This document shows positions 62,675-64,000 of a stretch of DNA of 64,000 bases, piece by piece (position 1 is the stretch's first letter; every line of letters starts with the position of its first letter). The translations under genes were made by a program, and so were the position numbers. The notes below the pieces were generated by a model. It was not told where the DNA came from. It worked only from the letters and a program-made list of their open reading frames with translations, and searched no databases. The DNA lies in the IMG/VR virus record IMGVR_UViG_3300028400_000006, positions 1,269-65,268 of that record. One strand, 5' to 3'. Origin of the DNA: a virus. Its lineage: Duplodnaviria > Caudoviricetes.

Positions 62675-63002
62675 AAATCTCCCTATACAACCAAGGCTGC
62701 AAAAGAAACACCGGCAGCTCCATGGCGTCAGCCCACCACGGCAGCAACCGGTGCCACTCCTTCTTCTCCTGTTCGAACGTGCGGATCTGCATGGCCATCG
62801 GGTCAATGTGAGCATCCCGCACCAGTTCCGCGTAGTGTGAATCAACCGTGCGCGCAGCCAAGTGCCACTCCGACCAGCCACGCCATTCGCGCCACGCCTT
62901 CAGCGGAGCGTCGCCGCGCTTGATAGTGATCATCACCTGATCCGGCACCAAGGCTTGTATGGCGCCGTAAATGCGCGGTCTTATTTCATATGGTTTGACC
63001 AT
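62664..63002 (-). CDS. Hypothetical Trp-rich protein
   Basis: Operon position. Confidence 0.55.
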   Translation of the reverse strand: MVKPYEIRPRIYGAIQALVPDQVMITIKRGDAPLKAWREWRGWSEWHLAARTVDSHYAELVRDAHIDPMAMQIRTFEQEKKEWHRLLPWWADAMELPVFLLQPWLYREIYGV

Positions 63003-63463
63003 GACGAAACCGCCTTCCGCAAAGTTGCACGTACCTTGGACGGTAGGGGCACCCGGCACATCTTAGCATCACCTTCGTCTGCTGCAAACATGTCGCGCAT
63101 CTCTTCCGTAAAAGCTTCAGATGTTACAGCATGCAGCAGACGCAGCGGCAACTCAGGCGGCGCCAGCGGCGCCAGCGACGCCTGCAGCGCCCAGATGTGC
63201 CCGTCCGTATCCCACACCACGGCAATAGCGTCATCGGTGATACCCAGTTCCCCACACACGGCACAGGTGATGGCAACGGTGCCTGGCTGCGCCAAGAGAT
63301 GTCGGTGAAGGTTGTGAAGCCCGGCGACGCCAGCACCGCTTGCGACGCCCAATAGGGTAGTCACGCGCTCGCCAGACTCAGCTTGGAGAAGGACCGGAAC
63401 ATAGCGCCCCTCCTGGACATACAGCGGCAGAAGCGCTACGTGGTCTTCGTGAACTTCAATCAC
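62981..63463 (-). CDS. Hypothetical protein
   Basis: Coupled to the KilA-N gene. Confidence 0.6.
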   Translation of the reverse strand: MIEVHEDHVALLPLYVQEGRYVPVLLQAESGERVTTLLGVASGAGVAGLHNLHRHLLAQPGTVAITCAVCGELGITDDAIAVVWDTDGHIWALQASLAPLAPPELPLRLLHAVTSEAFTEEMRDMFAADEGDAKMCRVPLPSKVRATLRKAVSSWSNHMK

Positions 63464-63813
63464 CCCACACCTCCACCATGCAGTTGCTCCATAACAGCGG
63501 AATAAAGCTCAAAAGCCAATATGTCAGAAAGATCACTCGCGGCCCGCAAGATTACAAAGGCATGAGCTTTCGTAGACGAATCACCACCGCCAGAACGACC
63601 AGGGATCACAGGCGGAAAACCCAACCGTTTTTCGAGGAACTGAAGATACGCCTTGGCATGCTTGGTCTTGCGCCAACCATAATGCGTCATAGTCGGCCGG
63701 CCCTCGGAAAGACGCACAGCGTTGATAACACGAAACGCCGCCGCCAAATCACCAAAGAACGTTTCCGAATCCACTACGATGTCGCCGTATGAGGTTGAAA
63801 GTATGGTTCGCAT
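63460..63813 (-). CDS. KilA-N domain DNA-binding protein
   Basis: IN..R...G.....W.KTK..K.YL..L...GR.GG..TKAH..V.L..A..LS..LA.E.Y; GGAGG RBS. Confidence 0.8.
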   Translation of the reverse strand: MRTILSTSYGDIVVDSETFFGDLAAAFRVINAVRLSEGRPTMTHYGWRKTKHAKAYLQFLEKRLGFPPVIPGRSGGGDSSTKAHAFVILRAASDLSDILAFELYSAVMEQLHGGGVG

Positions 63814-63839
63814 TGGTTCCTCCGTTTATATTAATTGGC

Positions 63840-63868
63840 ACCTTAAACCGAATAATTAGAATGGTCAA
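63840..63868 (-). promoter_or_regulatory. Sigma70-like promoter for the leftward accessory operon
   Basis: TTGACC, 17 bp, TAAGGT upstream of the kilA-N RBS. Confidence 0.55.
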
Positions 63869-63879
63869 GGAGAAACGTC

Positions 63880-64000
63880 GCCTGCGTATTGGCGCCGCCT
63901 GCGTATTGGCGCCGCCTGCGTATTGGCGCCGCCTGCGTATTGGCGCCGCCTGCGTATTGGCGCCGCCTGCGTATTGGCGCCGCCTGCGTATTGGCGCCGC
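63880..64000 (+). repeat. Perfect 17-bp tandem repeat (GCCTGCGTATTGGCGCC), at least 7 copies, running off the window
   Basis: Seven full units at 63880-63998 plus a partial unit. Confidence 0.95.

Noticed and set aside
63880-64000. CRISPR array
   Set aside because: Head-to-tail 17-mers with no spacers
1-64000. Genome-wide stop-codon reassignment
   Set aside because: Core genes are full length in the standard code; only one suspicious in-frame TAG (4651) was noticed

Overview
This window is most of a high-GC dsDNA tailed phage genome of podovirus type (short tail, large ejection proteins). The host is probably an alphaproteobacterium, judging from a GcrA-like gene, an alpha-style DnaN-like clamp and a GYKTY-type holin. 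Layout: (i) a control region at ~800-2380 with AT-rich DNA, iteron-like repeats and two near-identical consensus sigma70 promoters; (ii) a rightward early and replication arm at 1.8-25.3 kb with many small ORFs, a beta-clamp homolog, an AAA+/vWA-metallopeptidase pair, an HTH protein, family A DNA polymerase, PD-(D/E)XK nuclease, GcrA-like protein, VRR-NUC, SNF2 helicase, SSB-like protein and primase-DUF927 helicase; (iii) a leftward morphogenesis arm at 57.0-25.3 kb with TerS, intein-containing TerL, portal, fibres/spike, scaffold, capsid, tail tube/nozzle and a 2299-aa ejection protein, interrupted by an antisense Zn-ribbon/nuclease/GNAT-like gene; (iv) an inverted lysis cassette; (v) a leftward accessory arm with dCTP deaminase, thermonuclease, DUF5664 and KilA-N, ending in a 17-bp tandem repeat. 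The most notable unexplained signals are ten copies of a 16-bp palindrome (consensus GTKACAYCGRWGTAAC) confined to the early arm and mostly at gene junctions, a duplicated promoter leader whose stems show compensatory changes, an unusually Cys-rich virion gene set, and a four-copy virion domain family. No integrase, tRNA, CRISPR array or reverse transcriptase was seen. All family assignments come from recognising motifs by eye; no database searches were run.
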